Source: Parcubacteria group bacterium
Lineage (GTDB): Bacteria; Patescibacteriota; Patescibacteriia; UBA1558; GWA2-36-10
Direction: 5' to 3'
Length of the DNA: 64,000 nt
Assembly (NCBI GenBank): GCA_003104935.1
Contig: PQAE01000005.1
Coordinates: forward strand, 2,034-66,033
A program made the translations under genes and the position numbers. The notes beneath the pieces are model-generated. The model saw nothing but the letters and a program-made list of their open reading frames with translations, was not told the origin of the DNA and made no database searches. Below, piece by piece: positions 18,351 through 27,968 of this stretch (its first letter is position 1; every line of letters begins with the position of its first letter).

Positions 18351-18435
18351 TGGTGGGCGGAAGAGGACTCGAACCTCCAAGCCTTGCGGCACATGGTCCT
18401 AAGCCATGCGCGTATACCAATTCCGCCATCCGCCC
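18351..18435 (-). tRNA. tRNA-Leu (anticodon TAG), class II with long variable arm, CCA encoded
   Basis: Acceptor GGGCGGA/TCCGCCC. D-arm GCGG-AATTGGTATA. Anticodon stem CATGG/CCATG with loop CTTAGGA. 13-nt variable stem-loop. T-arm GGAGG-TTCGAGT-CCTCT. Confidence 0.88.
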
Positions 18436-18498
18436 GAGAAAAAATAAAAATAACTCGCTATATTTATAACCTAAACTAACTAAAAAGTCAAAAGAAAT

Positions 18499-18525
18499 GC
18501 CCCGTCGCGTCAGACGCGACGGGGC
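18499..18525. terminator. intrinsic terminator hairpin, member of a conserved hairpin family (gccccgtcgcg-tcagacg-cgacggggc)
   Basis: Perfect 10-bp GC stem immediately downstream of the FabH-like gene stop, with an A-tract upstream. Near-identical copies sit at 38900 and 14508. Confidence 0.6.
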
Positions 18526-18553
18526 TCCCTATAATGCATCTTTTTTGATGCTC

Positions 18554-19603
18554 TTAGACCGTAAAACCATAGGCAACAAATGAGAGTCCCGCACCAAAGG
18601 CAAACGCCACTACTAGTTCACCCTGTTTAATCACTCCGCTTTTTACTCCGGCGGATATCAGCTGTCCAGTGCTGGCACCACTAGTATTTCCAGTGGTTTC
18701 CACGTGACGGTGAACACGCCCCCTAAATTCTGGCCAACGTTTTCTAAGCTTGGCTTCCAACAAATCCAGGGTGGGTCCGCTTGGCTGGTGTGGTACCAGA
18801 TGATCGATGTCAGACGGCTTGATACCGGCCGCTTCTACGGCGCCCACTAGCGCCTCGACCACCACTCGACCGACAAACTTGTGAACGGCATTTCCGTCCT
18901 GCCGAAAACCACTGGCAGTTTTCACGATTTTGTCGATCTGCCCGTCAAAAGGCAATGATTGGCCATCGAAAAAGACAAAGGCCTCTCTTTCGGTCTGTCC
19001 CAATAGAAAGGCATAGGCGCCTGCGCCAAAGAGATTGCTGCCCCGCCAATCATCATAACCCGTCAGCAGGGTGGCGTCCTCGGCACAAACCACTAGTGCC
19101 CGACGACAAACACTGGAGCGAATCCAGTCCCAGCCATCAAAGACAGCTAGAGGGCCCACCGAACAGGCTTCGGCCACATCGTAGGCCATGGCACGCGACG
19201 GCTGTCCCAAACCTAGTTTGATGTGATCAGCCAAACTAGGGTAGCCCGGGCCGGTGTTGGTCCCGCCGATGATGACATCCAGCTGATCCGGCCGCACCCC
19301 AGCCTGAGCCAGACACTTTCTGGCGGCGATAACGGCCAACTCAACGACAGAGCCACTGAAGAAAATCCGCTCCCGGATCTTGGTTTGCGCCACCCACTTT
19401 TCTGCTGCGGCCTCAATGTCCTCGGTTGACCAGGGTGGCTCGCTTCCGAAAAGGCTCCGCCTTCCATCCACGGACATCATGTCTCGGATAAAAGCGTCTT
19501 GCGTCACCACTCGAAAACGGGGGTCGTCACTGATTTCAGTGTGACCATAGCCGATGATTCCGACCGACTGACCCAAAGGCAGAAACTTCACCTTACAAAA
19601 CAT
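18554..19603 (-). CDS. 3-oxoacyl-ACP synthase III (FabH)-like condensing enzyme; GC-rich, compositionally atypical
   Basis: 349 aa. Active-site-like Cys (AEACSVGP), HQ motif (VPHQPSG, cf. FabH PHQAN), and GNTSGAS (cf. GNTSAAS). The gene is about 60% GC against a roughly 40% backbone. Confidence 0.7.
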   Translation of the reverse strand: MFCKVKFLPLGQSVGIIGYGHTEISDDPRFRVVTQDAFIRDMMSVDGRRSLFGSEPPWSTEDIEAAAEKWVAQTKIRERIFFSGSVVELAVIAARKCLAQAGVRPDQLDVIIGGTNTGPGYPSLADHIKLGLGQPSRAMAYDVAEACSVGPLAVFDGWDWIRSSVCRRALVVCAEDATLLTGYDDWRGSNLFGAGAYAFLLGQTEREAFVFFDGQSLPFDGQIDKIVKTASGFRQDGNAVHKFVGRVVVEALVGAVEAAGIKPSDIDHLVPHQPSGPTLDLLEAKLRKRWPEFRGRVHRHVETTGNTSGASTGQLISAGVKSGVIKQGELVVAFAFGAGLSFVAYGFTV

Positions 19604-19706
19604 CTGGTACTCCTCTCCTTGCCTGAGTTTTTTGCTTGATAGGGTTTTGAAAAGAACTTCTACTATCTTAGCTAACGCTGTAATTTAACCCCTATTAGTA
19701 AAAATG

Positions 19707-22463
19707 TCAAAGGTTGCCCGTGTTGGTCCGTTTTTGATATCTGTATTTTTTGATTACCTTAAAAACAATTAGAATTACTATGAGCCCTAATAGTGTCACT
19801 AAAAAATATTTTACTTTTCGCTGACTACTGCTTATTTGCGTGGTGGTAGTATTTTGCTCAGAAGAATTATCAGCCGCTATTTGTGTACCTAGAACTTGCT
19901 GGGCAAGCAAAATATCATCTTTATTTTTCACTAAAAGTTTCCAGCCGTTTTTAGTATTTTGCAAAATTCCATTCACCACGATCTCGTTTCCCTTAACTAT
20001 AGCTAAATCCTTACAATCAAAATCTAGATAAGCACGCACGGCATAATCCTCGCCGACACTGCTGGCCAGATAAATATTTTTTCCGTTCTTTTTAACGACA
20101 TACCCGCTCAGACTTATAAATGAGTTGGCTAAATCATCGCCCAAAGTGTCTAGATCAGTCAGCTCTGGCTTAAGCAAATCTTGATGCTCACCGGTCAAGA
20201 CTAATTGCTCCTTTGATTTGATTTTTAGACGTGGCCCACTGTCATTGTTACTGAGCTGTCCGCTTATGGTTAATATGTCTCCTACTTTAATGTCCGGCCA
20301 TTTCTTATTGGCTAAATATATTTCCACTACTTGATTATAATCAACGCCCTGGTCGCTAAGTCTAACAGTATATAAATTACTACTTTGCGGATTTGTATTC
20401 TGCAGAGATACGAGTTCCAGCCAGATTTCACTTTGATTTTTTAACTCTTGTAGATCAGTTGTAGGACTCAGGGCAAATTCGGTTGCCGTTGCAATATTAG
20501 CGCCGCCCGGACTGGGTACGGTGCTAATAAACCATTCTTGATTTAATAGATCCCAGGCCTGGCTCTGACCCTCGGGAATCTGGCTATAATCCGCTTGTTG
20601 CCAGACATCACCCAAGGGCGTTAATAGTCTGACGCTGTCTCCCTGATTGTTTAAAGATATTTTGCTGTCTTTTTTATTGACCACCAAAAAAGAACCGGCC
20701 GCTATGGTGCTACTGGCCAAAAAGACATAAGGATTACTTCCGCCGGCGGCGTCGTCTAGTTGCCAGCCGGTTAACTTTATATTTTGCGTTGAGTTGTTAT
20801 ATAATTCTATCCATTCACTGTCGTCGCTACCAACCGGATCGGGCAGAAACTCCGAAATTATTAAGTCGCCCAGGGCAAAGTTAATAGGTGCTACCTCGGA
20901 CAGTAATATTTTTTCTTCTTTTCCTTCTATGGTTATGGGCAGAGTAATCCCGTTTTCTAATCCGCCCGCATCTTTGACTTTTAGATGCACAGCGAAAGTG
21001 CCGGCTGTTTCGTAAATATGATTTTCTATTTTTTCATCACCAGTATTATCGTCGCCAAAATCCCACTGATAAATCAGTTTACTTTCTTCGGGATCACTAG
21101 ACTCCTCGGCCGACAAAACTATCTTTTCGCCGGCTAAAAATTTACCCGAATTTATTTTTATCTTGGCTGTTGGCGCCTGGTTCGCCACAAAGATATTGGC
21201 CTGTCCCGGGGTGGGACTACTAGTCCAACTAAAGCTATCGTTTTGCCTGGCATATGACTTGCCCTCGGGAGCATTGTCCTGATAAGTGACGGTTTCGACC
21301 AAACCGCCGTTAGGATCATATAATTTTACAGCATCTCCGCCACTATTATTTAGTGACAAACCAGTTTCATCTTTGTAGAACAAGGCATAACTTTGGGCAC
21401 TAATAAGTCTTTCGCCAATAGTAAAAATTTTGGTAGAATTATCTTGCAAAGCAAACCCGGACAGATCCAAGGTAGCCGCTCCCTGATTAAAAAGCTCAAT
21501 CCATTCCCCATCATCCGGCCCTTTGGGGTTAGGTAAAAACTCCGCGATCCGTATTTGCGACCAGCTATAGGTATTATTGGGGCCGTTGCCGGCGCTACTG
21601 CCGCCACCGCTATTATTACCACTCTCTTCCGTCGGTTCCTCGGCACTTACTTCTACGCTGCAGGCGTCCTGACTTTCTAAATTATTTATGCCGATTTTCA
21701 AAATGACCTGATAAGTACCAGCTGATGCAAAAACGTGATTAGCGATTGTAGAAGTAGCTGTCTGGTTATCACTAAAGCTCCATTCGTAAATAGCTATCTC
21801 GTTAGCCGGTATTACTGACCCACTGGCGTCAAAGATTCCACTCTCTCCGACTGATAGGCCGCTCGGGCAGGTTGCCTTGGCTGCCAGCACCGGCAACGGC
21901 ACTACTGGCGCATGCGAAATATTTGCTTGTCCCGGACTGCCTCCAACTATAGAACTTTCTTGCCAATTACTAGTAGTGTCGTTGTCATTTAAATTTATTT
22001 TTTCTATGCTAAATCCATTACCCTCACCTCCCCAAGCAGAATCATAATTTACTAGTGCACTCAAAGTTGCACCGCCATCTAAACTCAATCCTAGGTTTCC
22101 GACAGTATTGGGGAGGATCATCACTGTATCAAAAACCGTACCGCTATAGGTAGGATAATCTTGCAAAAACTGCTGACCATCATCGGCCAGAATAAAATAC
22201 TCTGAGGCGGCAATAGTGGTGGTGCCTTGAGCCAAGGACAATGTATGATTGGATCCGTCGAAAAACCTCCATGCCTGTTTTGACGAACCCAGTAATGCCG
22301 CTGTCGGCCCACCACTATTAAAGATCTCCACCCACTCGTGGCTCTGGTCCGATGCCGGCCAATCATACATTACCTCGGAAAATACCAGGCCTTCGGCCCC
22401 GGTCCCAGTGGGCTGAGCTAAAAGAAAAATAATTAGCTCTAAAAACAAAATCGCTTTCTTCAT
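19707..22463 (-). CDS. large surface protein with lamin-tail (LTD) and PKD-like repeats, signal peptide and C-terminal TM anchor
   Basis: Repeated SDxxEWIELxN lamin-tail-domain motifs and PKD-like segments. N-terminal signal MKKAILFLELIIFLLA. C-terminal hydrophobic anchor followed by a basic tail. Confidence 0.7.
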   Translation of the reverse strand: MKKAILFLELIIFLLAQPTGTGAEGLVFSEVMYDWPASDQSHEWVEIFNSGGPTAALLGSSKQAWRFFDGSNHTLSLAQGTTTIAASEYFILADDGQQFLQDYPTYSGTVFDTVMILPNTVGNLGLSLDGGATLSALVNYDSAWGGEGNGFSIEKINLNDNDTTSNWQESSIVGGSPGQANISHAPVVPLPVLAAKATCPSGLSVGESGIFDASGSVIPANEIAIYEWSFSDNQTATSTIANHVFASAGTYQVILKIGINNLESQDACSVEVSAEEPTEESGNNSGGGSSAGNGPNNTYSWSQIRIAEFLPNPKGPDDGEWIELFNQGAATLDLSGFALQDNSTKIFTIGERLISAQSYALFYKDETGLSLNNSGGDAVKLYDPNGGLVETVTYQDNAPEGKSYARQNDSFSWTSSPTPGQANIFVANQAPTAKIKINSGKFLAGEKIVLSAEESSDPEESKLIYQWDFGDDNTGDEKIENHIYETAGTFAVHLKVKDAGGLENGITLPITIEGKEEKILLSEVAPINFALGDLIISEFLPDPVGSDDSEWIELYNNSTQNIKLTGWQLDDAAGGSNPYVFLASSTIAAGSFLVVNKKDSKISLNNQGDSVRLLTPLGDVWQQADYSQIPEGQSQAWDLLNQEWFISTVPSPGGANIATATEFALSPTTDLQELKNQSEIWLELVSLQNTNPQSSNLYTVRLSDQGVDYNQVVEIYLANKKWPDIKVGDILTISGQLSNNDSGPRLKIKSKEQLVLTGEHQDLLKPELTDLDTLGDDLANSFISLSGYVVKKNGKNIYLASSVGEDYAVRAYLDFDCKDLAIVKGNEIVVNGILQNTKNGWKLLVKNKDDILLAQQVLGTQIAADNSSEQNTTTTQISSSQRKVKYFLVTLLGLIVILIVFKVIKKYRYQKRTNTGNL

Positions 22464-22531
22464 ATATTTCTTGCCGCCTTGGCAAAGGCCCAAAGTCGCA
22501 GGCCGCTCTTTGGACCTTTACCAAATAACGA

Positions 22532-22933
22532 TTAATCTTCTTGAATTTCTTCGACGTCTACTTCTTCTTTGGCGGTTTCATCGCCTTTGACAGTTTTTTT
22601 ATTACTCCCGCCCAACATAATCAAATCTGAGGCGACTATCTCGGTCATATATTTCTTGTTTTTATTTTTGTCCTCCCAGGACCGGTTTTGCAAACGGCCC
22701 TCTAAAAAAACTTTTGATCCTTTTTTTAAATAGGTTAGGATAATATCGGCCAAGCGCCCCCAGGCCACTATCCGGTGAAAATCCACCCGGCTCTTCTTAG
22801 CTTTAGTTTTAAAATCCTGCCAATAATAGTTGGTGGCAACCGAAAAAGTGGCGGCCCTCTGCCCTGAAGGCAGACTGCGACTGATCGGGTCACTGGCCAG
22901 ATTACCGATCAGACTGGTTTTGTTTAAGTCCAT
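22532..22933 (-). CDS. ssb: single-stranded DNA-binding protein
   Basis: OB-fold SSB N-terminus (MDLNKTSLIGNLASDP...RIVAWGRLADI) and acidic C-terminal tail (DVEEIQED). Confidence 0.85.
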   Translation of the reverse strand: MDLNKTSLIGNLASDPISRSLPSGQRAATFSVATNYYWQDFKTKAKKSRVDFHRIVAWGRLADIILTYLKKGSKVFLEGRLQNRSWEDKNKNKKYMTEIVASDLIMLGGSNKKTVKGDETAKEEVDVEEIQED

Positions 22934-23237
22934 TTTACTTTTCTCCTCTCTAACCATCCCTTTATAGCGTTGGATGGTTTTTTAATTAATTATTATTCAT
23001 CTTGACAAAGTGTATATTTTATTTTATTATTGAAATGAGGCTAACATTGTTAGCTCTCAAAATCGCTTTTCTTCGCAAAGACTCCCTCCGGGGAGTCTTT
23101 GTTTTAAATAAAAAAACAAACAGGGCGGTGCCTGCTTTAAAATTATACTATAGCCAAGAATGCTCATTGCTTTTCTTCTTTGTACGGCCGTCGCTAAAAA
23201 CTTCGACGGCTTAGTACTCCACTATAGCAAATCCTTT

Positions 23238-23831
23238 TTATCTGTCAAGGGCTTTTAAAAAACTATGCCGGTGCAGAGGAGAAAACCCGTGAGCCCGGAT
23301 ATTTTTCAGGTGCTCTTTGGTGCCGTATCCTTTATGCCTGGCAAAACCATATTGCGGATATTTTTTATGCCACTTGCCCATCAGATTATCCCGGAAGACC
23401 TTGGCTACGATTGAAGCCGCCGCGATCTCCTGATACAACTCGTCCCCTTTCTTAAAAAATTTTATTTCAGTATCGGCGCTCAAATATTTCTTTGCTCCTC
23501 CCACATAGTCGGCTATAATATTTACACTATCTATAGGCCGTTTAGCCAGCAACTTATTTATCGCTTTCTCCATTACCCGGATATTGGCCATTTGGATGCC
23601 GTGGCGGTCAATATATTTATTGCTGAGTGCCTGAATCTGCCAGTCAAAATTGCCGGTTATTAAAAGAAAAAGTATCTGCCTTTGTCTAGCTGTTAATAGT
23701 TTAGAATCTTTTACCTTAGCCAAAATTAGTCTTTCTTTACGAAATCCGCGGCAAAGTACAGCCGCGGCTACGATCGGGCCGGCTACAGCACCCCGCCCTA
23801 CTTCATCACTGGCAATTATTGCCTCAGACAT
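23238..23831 (-). CDS. rnhB: ribonuclease HII
   Basis: N-terminal catalytic motif IASDEVGRGAVAGPIVAAAV typical of RNase HII; about 200 aa. Confidence 0.85.
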   Translation of the reverse strand: MSEAIIASDEVGRGAVAGPIVAAAVLCRGFRKERLILAKVKDSKLLTARQRQILFLLITGNFDWQIQALSNKYIDRHGIQMANIRVMEKAINKLLAKRPIDSVNIIADYVGGAKKYLSADTEIKFFKKGDELYQEIAAASIVAKVFRDNLMGKWHKKYPQYGFARHKGYGTKEHLKNIRAHGFSPLHRHSFLKALDR

Positions 23832-23953
23832 ACCTTTATTATAGCGCATTTTGTATTGACAAAGTATAGAAATAGGTTTAGAGTAAAATATCGTTTCGTT
23901 CGTTCCCGTTTGTAGCCTTGAGTCGGTTAAATTGGCTTGGGAGGTTGTGGTGA

Positions 23954-24240
23954 TGAGTGTCCGCGTACATGGAAACGTTCTTAGGATTGAGGTCAGCTGT
24001 CGCGCAGCAGAAGAATGCGTGCCCGATGATTACCCCCACCCTCTTTGCCGGGAGGTCTGTAGCGCCCGGGTCTGTGACCCGACCAGAAACGAGTTTGTCT
24101 GCAATTACTTCGAGTTCCGAATCTGGCCGAAAAGCCCCCGTCCCAAAAAACACATCGGACTGCGCAAGGTGCGCAAGATGCGGGTTAACCGCTTCGATAA
24201 TCACGTGATTCACGTGATCGACGAGTTCGGCCAAGTCTAA
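23954..24240 (+). CDS. small Cys-rich hypothetical protein in a GC-rich islet
   Basis: RBS gggagg 9 nt upstream of the ATG (MSVRVHGNVL...), 8 Cys residues, hairpin terminator after the stop. The opposite-strand ORF 23878-24267 has a TTG start without an RBS, so the plus strand is preferred. Confidence 0.35.
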
Positions 24241-24316
24241 TTCTTGGCCAACCAAAAAGCCACCCAATGATAAACTCTTCTAGAGAACAACGGGTGGCTT
24301 TTGCTTGACTACAAAA

Positions 24317-25546
24317 TTATGATCTGATGAGCGTTGCCTTAGCTATCCTCTCCAGGGCGGTGATAAAAGCGCTGGTACGTAAATCAACATTATATTTTTT
24401 GGCTATCACACTTACCGCCGACCATGCAGCGCTCATTTTCTCCTCAAGTTCGCTGGCCACTTCTTCTTCGCTCCAATAATCGTTGGAAAGATTTTGCAAC
24501 CACTCAAAATAAGAAACAGTTACCCCGCCGGCATTGGCTAAGACATCTGGTACAACTATTTTTTTATTAATCCGAAGTATTTCATCGGCTTCCGGCGTCG
24601 TGGGCCCGTTGGCTAATTCTAAAATAATTTTAGCCCTGATGCTGGCGGCGTTTTCTTTTGTGATTTGATTTTCCAAAGCGGCGGGAATTAACACATCAAC
24701 AGGTAAAGAAAAGATTTCTTCCGGTAGCATATCCTGGCTCCCCGCCAGTCCGGATAAAGAGCTGTTTTTTATTTTATGCTCTGTGGCCTCTTTAATATTA
24801 ATGCCCTGCGGATTATAAATCGTGGACCGCGAATCAGCCAGGGCAACTACTTTATAACCCGCCGCTTCCAATTGCTCGGCCATGACGCTGCCGGCATTGC
24901 CAAATCCTTGTATAGCTACCTTAGTGTGTTTTGCTTCTAATCCTAATTCAGACACGGCCGCGCTCAAAACATAAAATCCTCCGGTTGCTGTGGCTGTACC
25001 TCGACCCTTTGATCCGCCAAACTCCACTGGTTTGCCAGTTACCACTCCCAGGGACGGCACGCCAACTAACTGGGAATACTCATCGGCCATCCATGCCATG
25101 ATTTGAGGTGTGGTATAGACATCTGGTGCCGGAATGTCTTTGTATGGTCCGATTACTTCACGAAAAGCCCTAACCCAGGCGCGGGATAATTTTTCAATTT
25201 CTTTCTGACTGAGAGATTTAGGATCCACAACAACTCCTCCCTTACCCCCACCCATAGGAATATCGACCACGGCACATTTGATGGTCATCCAAAAACCAAG
25301 GGCTTTGACCTCGTCTAAATTTACTTGGGGATGAAAACGGATTCCTCCTTTGTATGGTCCGCGAGCGCTGTTATATTGCACCCGGTAGGCCTCAAATATT
25401 TTCAAACTACCGTCGTCCATAATCACCGGTAGGTTGGCCATGACCACTTTTTCCGGCGCGCTGAGCCGAGCTAAAACATCTTTATTTAAATCCATCAGGC
25501 GGGAAGCTTTTTCCAGCTGCCGCATGGCATTATCGTAAGCATTCAT
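24317..25546 (-). CDS. gdhA: Glu/Leu/Phe/Val dehydrogenase family (glutamate dehydrogenase)
   Basis: 409 aa. Conserved GGGKGG catalytic glycine-rich region and NAD(P)-binding GFGNAG motif. Confidence 0.85.
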   Translation of the reverse strand: MNAYDNAMRQLEKASRLMDLNKDVLARLSAPEKVVMANLPVIMDDGSLKIFEAYRVQYNSARGPYKGGIRFHPQVNLDEVKALGFWMTIKCAVVDIPMGGGKGGVVVDPKSLSQKEIEKLSRAWVRAFREVIGPYKDIPAPDVYTTPQIMAWMADEYSQLVGVPSLGVVTGKPVEFGGSKGRGTATATGGFYVLSAAVSELGLEAKHTKVAIQGFGNAGSVMAEQLEAAGYKVVALADSRSTIYNPQGINIKEATEHKIKNSSLSGLAGSQDMLPEEIFSLPVDVLIPAALENQITKENAASIRAKIILELANGPTTPEADEILRINKKIVVPDVLANAGGVTVSYFEWLQNLSNDYWSEEEVASELEEKMSAAWSAVSVIAKKYNVDLRTSAFITALERIAKATLIRS

Positions 25547-25550
25547 ATTT

Positions 25551-26510
25551 TTAGCTTCTTATTTTTTTAGGTGTCCAGTCAGGCAAAACTGGCTTATTCC
25601 CCTGCAGATAACGGTAAGCCTGCAGAGCGGCCTTGGCGCCTTCGCCGGCAGAAATAACTACCTGTTTATAAGTAATTTCGGAAATATCGCCGGCGGCAAA
25701 AACGCCCGGCAGAGAGCTCTCGCAGTCGCGGGAAATAATAACCTCTTTTCTGTCGTTCAGCTCCACCACGCCCTCAAGCCACCTGGTATTCGCAATATGA
25801 CCAATCTCTATGAATATGCCGCTGACCGCGATTTCCTTTTCCTGATCATTATTAGTTTTGTAAACCAAGGCCTCCACCCGTTTTTCGCCTTTGATGACAG
25901 AGGTAGTCGCGTTAAAAATAATTTCCACATTTCCCGCGGCTCTGACCTGATCGACCAAAATTTGTTCGCCGCGAAACTTATCGCCCCGGAGAATCATATA
26001 AACCTTCTGGGCCACCTTTGACAAATATTCGGCCGCATCCAGGGCGGCATTGCCGCCTCCGATGACGACGACGTTTTTATTTTTATAAAGCGGCCCGTCG
26101 CAAGTAGCACAATAGCTCACTCCTTTGCCGGTGAGTTCTTTTTCACCGGGCACCTCCAGATTGCGCGGCGACAGACCAAAGGCCAAGATAACGGCCTTGG
26201 CCTCAATAATACTTTTATCCCCCAACTCCACCTGAAAAATATTTTCCCTTTTTTTAAGTCCCACTACCTCGGCAAAAAGCCAGTCGCTACCGAAATTCAT
26301 TGCCTGTTTTTTAAATTTTTCGGTTAACTCCATTCCGCCGACGCTTTCAAAGCCGGGATAGTTTTCAATCTCATCTGTCATCGCTGCCTGGCCGCCGACG
26401 TCCCGGGAGACGATGATAGTTTTTAAGGCGCGCCGGCAGGTATAGATCGCTGCGGACAGTCCGGCCGGACCGCCCCCGACCACTACGACATCGTATTGTT
26501 TGTCTGGCAT
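25551..26510 (-). CDS. trxB: thioredoxin-disulfide reductase
   Basis: 319 aa. FAD motif VVVVGGGPAG, redox-active CATC, NAD(P)H motif VVVIGGGNAA. Confidence 0.9.
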   Translation of the reverse strand: MPDKQYDVVVVGGGPAGLSAAIYTCRRALKTIIVSRDVGGQAAMTDEIENYPGFESVGGMELTEKFKKQAMNFGSDWLFAEVVGLKKRENIFQVELGDKSIIEAKAVILAFGLSPRNLEVPGEKELTGKGVSYCATCDGPLYKNKNVVVIGGGNAALDAAEYLSKVAQKVYMILRGDKFRGEQILVDQVRAAGNVEIIFNATTSVIKGEKRVEALVYKTNNDQEKEIAVSGIFIEIGHIANTRWLEGVVELNDRKEVIISRDCESSLPGVFAAGDISEITYKQVVISAGEGAKAALQAYRYLQGNKPVLPDWTPKKIRS

Positions 26511-26515
26511 AAAAA

Positions 26516-26842
26516 TTAAGCTAGATGCTTATTAATTATTTTCAAAAGAGCGTCCTTGTTTTGCAAACCGATTAATTCCTCTACCGGCTGTCCGTTTTTA
26601 AAAATTTTAAGAGTAGGAATACTCATTATCTCATGCTCATTAGCGGTAACCTGATTTTCGTCCACATTAACCTTGGCAATTCTTATTTTACTATTGCCGG
26701 CCAACTCCTTGGCTAACTCCTCCACGATCGGACCCTGCATTTTGCAGGGGCCACACCAAACAGCCCAAAAATCTACTAGGGCCACGCCCCGAAAATCCTT
26801 AATCTGCTCCTGAAAGTTTTGATCGTTTAACTCTATAGGCAT
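26516..26842 (-). CDS. trxA: thioredoxin
   Basis: 108 aa with a WCGPC active site. Confidence 0.9.
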   Translation of the reverse strand: MPIELNDQNFQEQIKDFRGVALVDFWAVWCGPCKMQGPIVEELAKELAGNSKIRIAKVNVDENQVTANEHEIMSIPTLKIFKNGQPVEELIGLQNKDALLKIINKHLA

Positions 26843-26989
26843 AAATTTTTTGTTAATACCCGTAGTGCACAGAATAGTTACTATGACTATTTCCCAAGCG
26901 ACAACGGCTGTAATAAATTAAACACAAATTGATTATACAAACAATCCTGAAATCTGACTATAGCCCGCTAGCCACAAGTAAACAAACGC

Positions 26990-27253
26990 TTAAGTGATAT
27001 CAAATAAAACATCAATTAATCTGGAAAGCTCTTCTTTTTTGACCACCATCTTACGATCATAGCAACCATTTATCTTGTCGTTGACTAATAAACGGGTCAT
27101 GCTATCCAGAGAGGCTCGTGCCGCTAAAACAACGCGGATTATTTCCTCCACGCTTCTTTTTTGCTCATACATTTTCTCGATGGAGCGGACCTGCCCTTCG
27201 ATACGATGCAGTTGGGCAAATATTTTTTTTGGCTGACAGACTAGTTTCTTCAT
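26990..27253 (-). CDS. CsoR/RcnR/FrmR-family (DUF156) transcriptional repressor
   Basis: Core RIEGQVRSIEKM matches the CsoR-family helix signature. Only one of the canonical Cys/His ligand positions is retained (GCY). The likely start is MKKLVCQ at 27253. Confidence 0.75.
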   Translation of the reverse strand: MKKLVCQPKKIFAQLHRIEGQVRSIEKMYEQKRSVEEIIRVVLAARASLDSMTRLLVNDKINGCYDRKMVVKKEELSRLIDVLFDIT

Positions 27254-27255
27254 AC

Positions 27256-27272
27256 ATACCCTATGGGGGTAT
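27256..27272. promoter_or_regulatory. CsoR-type operator palindrome ATACCCTATGGGGGTAT immediately upstream of the repressor gene start
   Basis: Near-perfect match to the GC-tract inverted repeat (TACCC-N-GGGGTA) recognised by CsoR/RcnR-family repressors. Located within the promoter region of the regulator and trxAB. Confidence 0.6.
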
Positions 27273-27530
27273 ATTAGCAATATCTTTCCCGACTGTCAAG
27301 CATTACCAACCAAGCGCCCTATTTTCAATACTACTGACAAGTGCTATGCTTAGATTGTTTTTTGTTCTAGTCAAGCTGGTTGATGAGCTTTTCGCCCCCC
27401 TGGGCTCAAAACCGGCTGTTGGGCGCCAGATCCTTCATTTCTATGGTGTGACACCTCCTGAACACTCACTACCTCCGGGAAGAAACTTGACTAAGCGAAA
27501 TGCTAGGCATACTGGCGCCCATCTTTAATA

Positions 27531-27558
27531 AAGCCGAGATCACCACTGGTCTCGGCTT
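27531..27558. terminator. bidirectional intrinsic terminator (aagccgaga-tcaccactgg-tctcggctt)
   Basis: 9-bp stem flanked by A and T tracts, downstream of the GIY-YIG gene. Confidence 0.55.
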
Positions 27559-27621
27559 TACATTAAAAAACAACGCAGATACGGCGTCGCTTAAATTAAA
27601 TTAAGAAATCAATCAACACCT

Positions 27622-27877
27622 TTAAAAATACTTTTTCTTGATTAGCATCAATTTATCTTCTCTTTTTAGATTCTTTATATGCCTTTCCCTTCTCAGGGCA
27701 TCTTTTTTCGTCGTAAATTCCTCAAAATATACTATTTTTATCGGTCTCCGTGATCTTGTATAGACCGCGCCACAACCAAGATTGTGGATTGTTTCACGTC
27801 GCTTTAAATCAATTGTGTAACCGGTATACAGGGACTTGTCCGCGCATCTTGCTATGTATACGAAATATTTATCCATA
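27622..27877 (-). CDS. GIY-YIG nuclease family protein (UPF0213-like)
   Basis: FVYIARCADKSLYTGYTIDLKRRETIHN is a GIY-YIG motif. The ORF track start at 27966 is probably too long; the likely start is MDKYF. Confidence 0.7.
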
Positions 27878-27968
27878 ATCATGATGAGAAATATATTATG
27901 AGTACCCCATCCAACAAAGGCGACCGAGGTGAACAGTGTGAATGTAGGTCGTGGTCCTAGAGGCATTG

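Noticed and set aside
23878-24267. 129-aa minus-strand ORF in GC islet
   Set aside because: TTG start with no RBS; the overlapping plus-strand ORF has a proper RBS and terminator. Kept only as an alternative.
27118-27528. 136-aa plus-strand ORF
   Set aside because: Overlaps the CsoR-family gene antisense and the operator or promoter region. Low-complexity.
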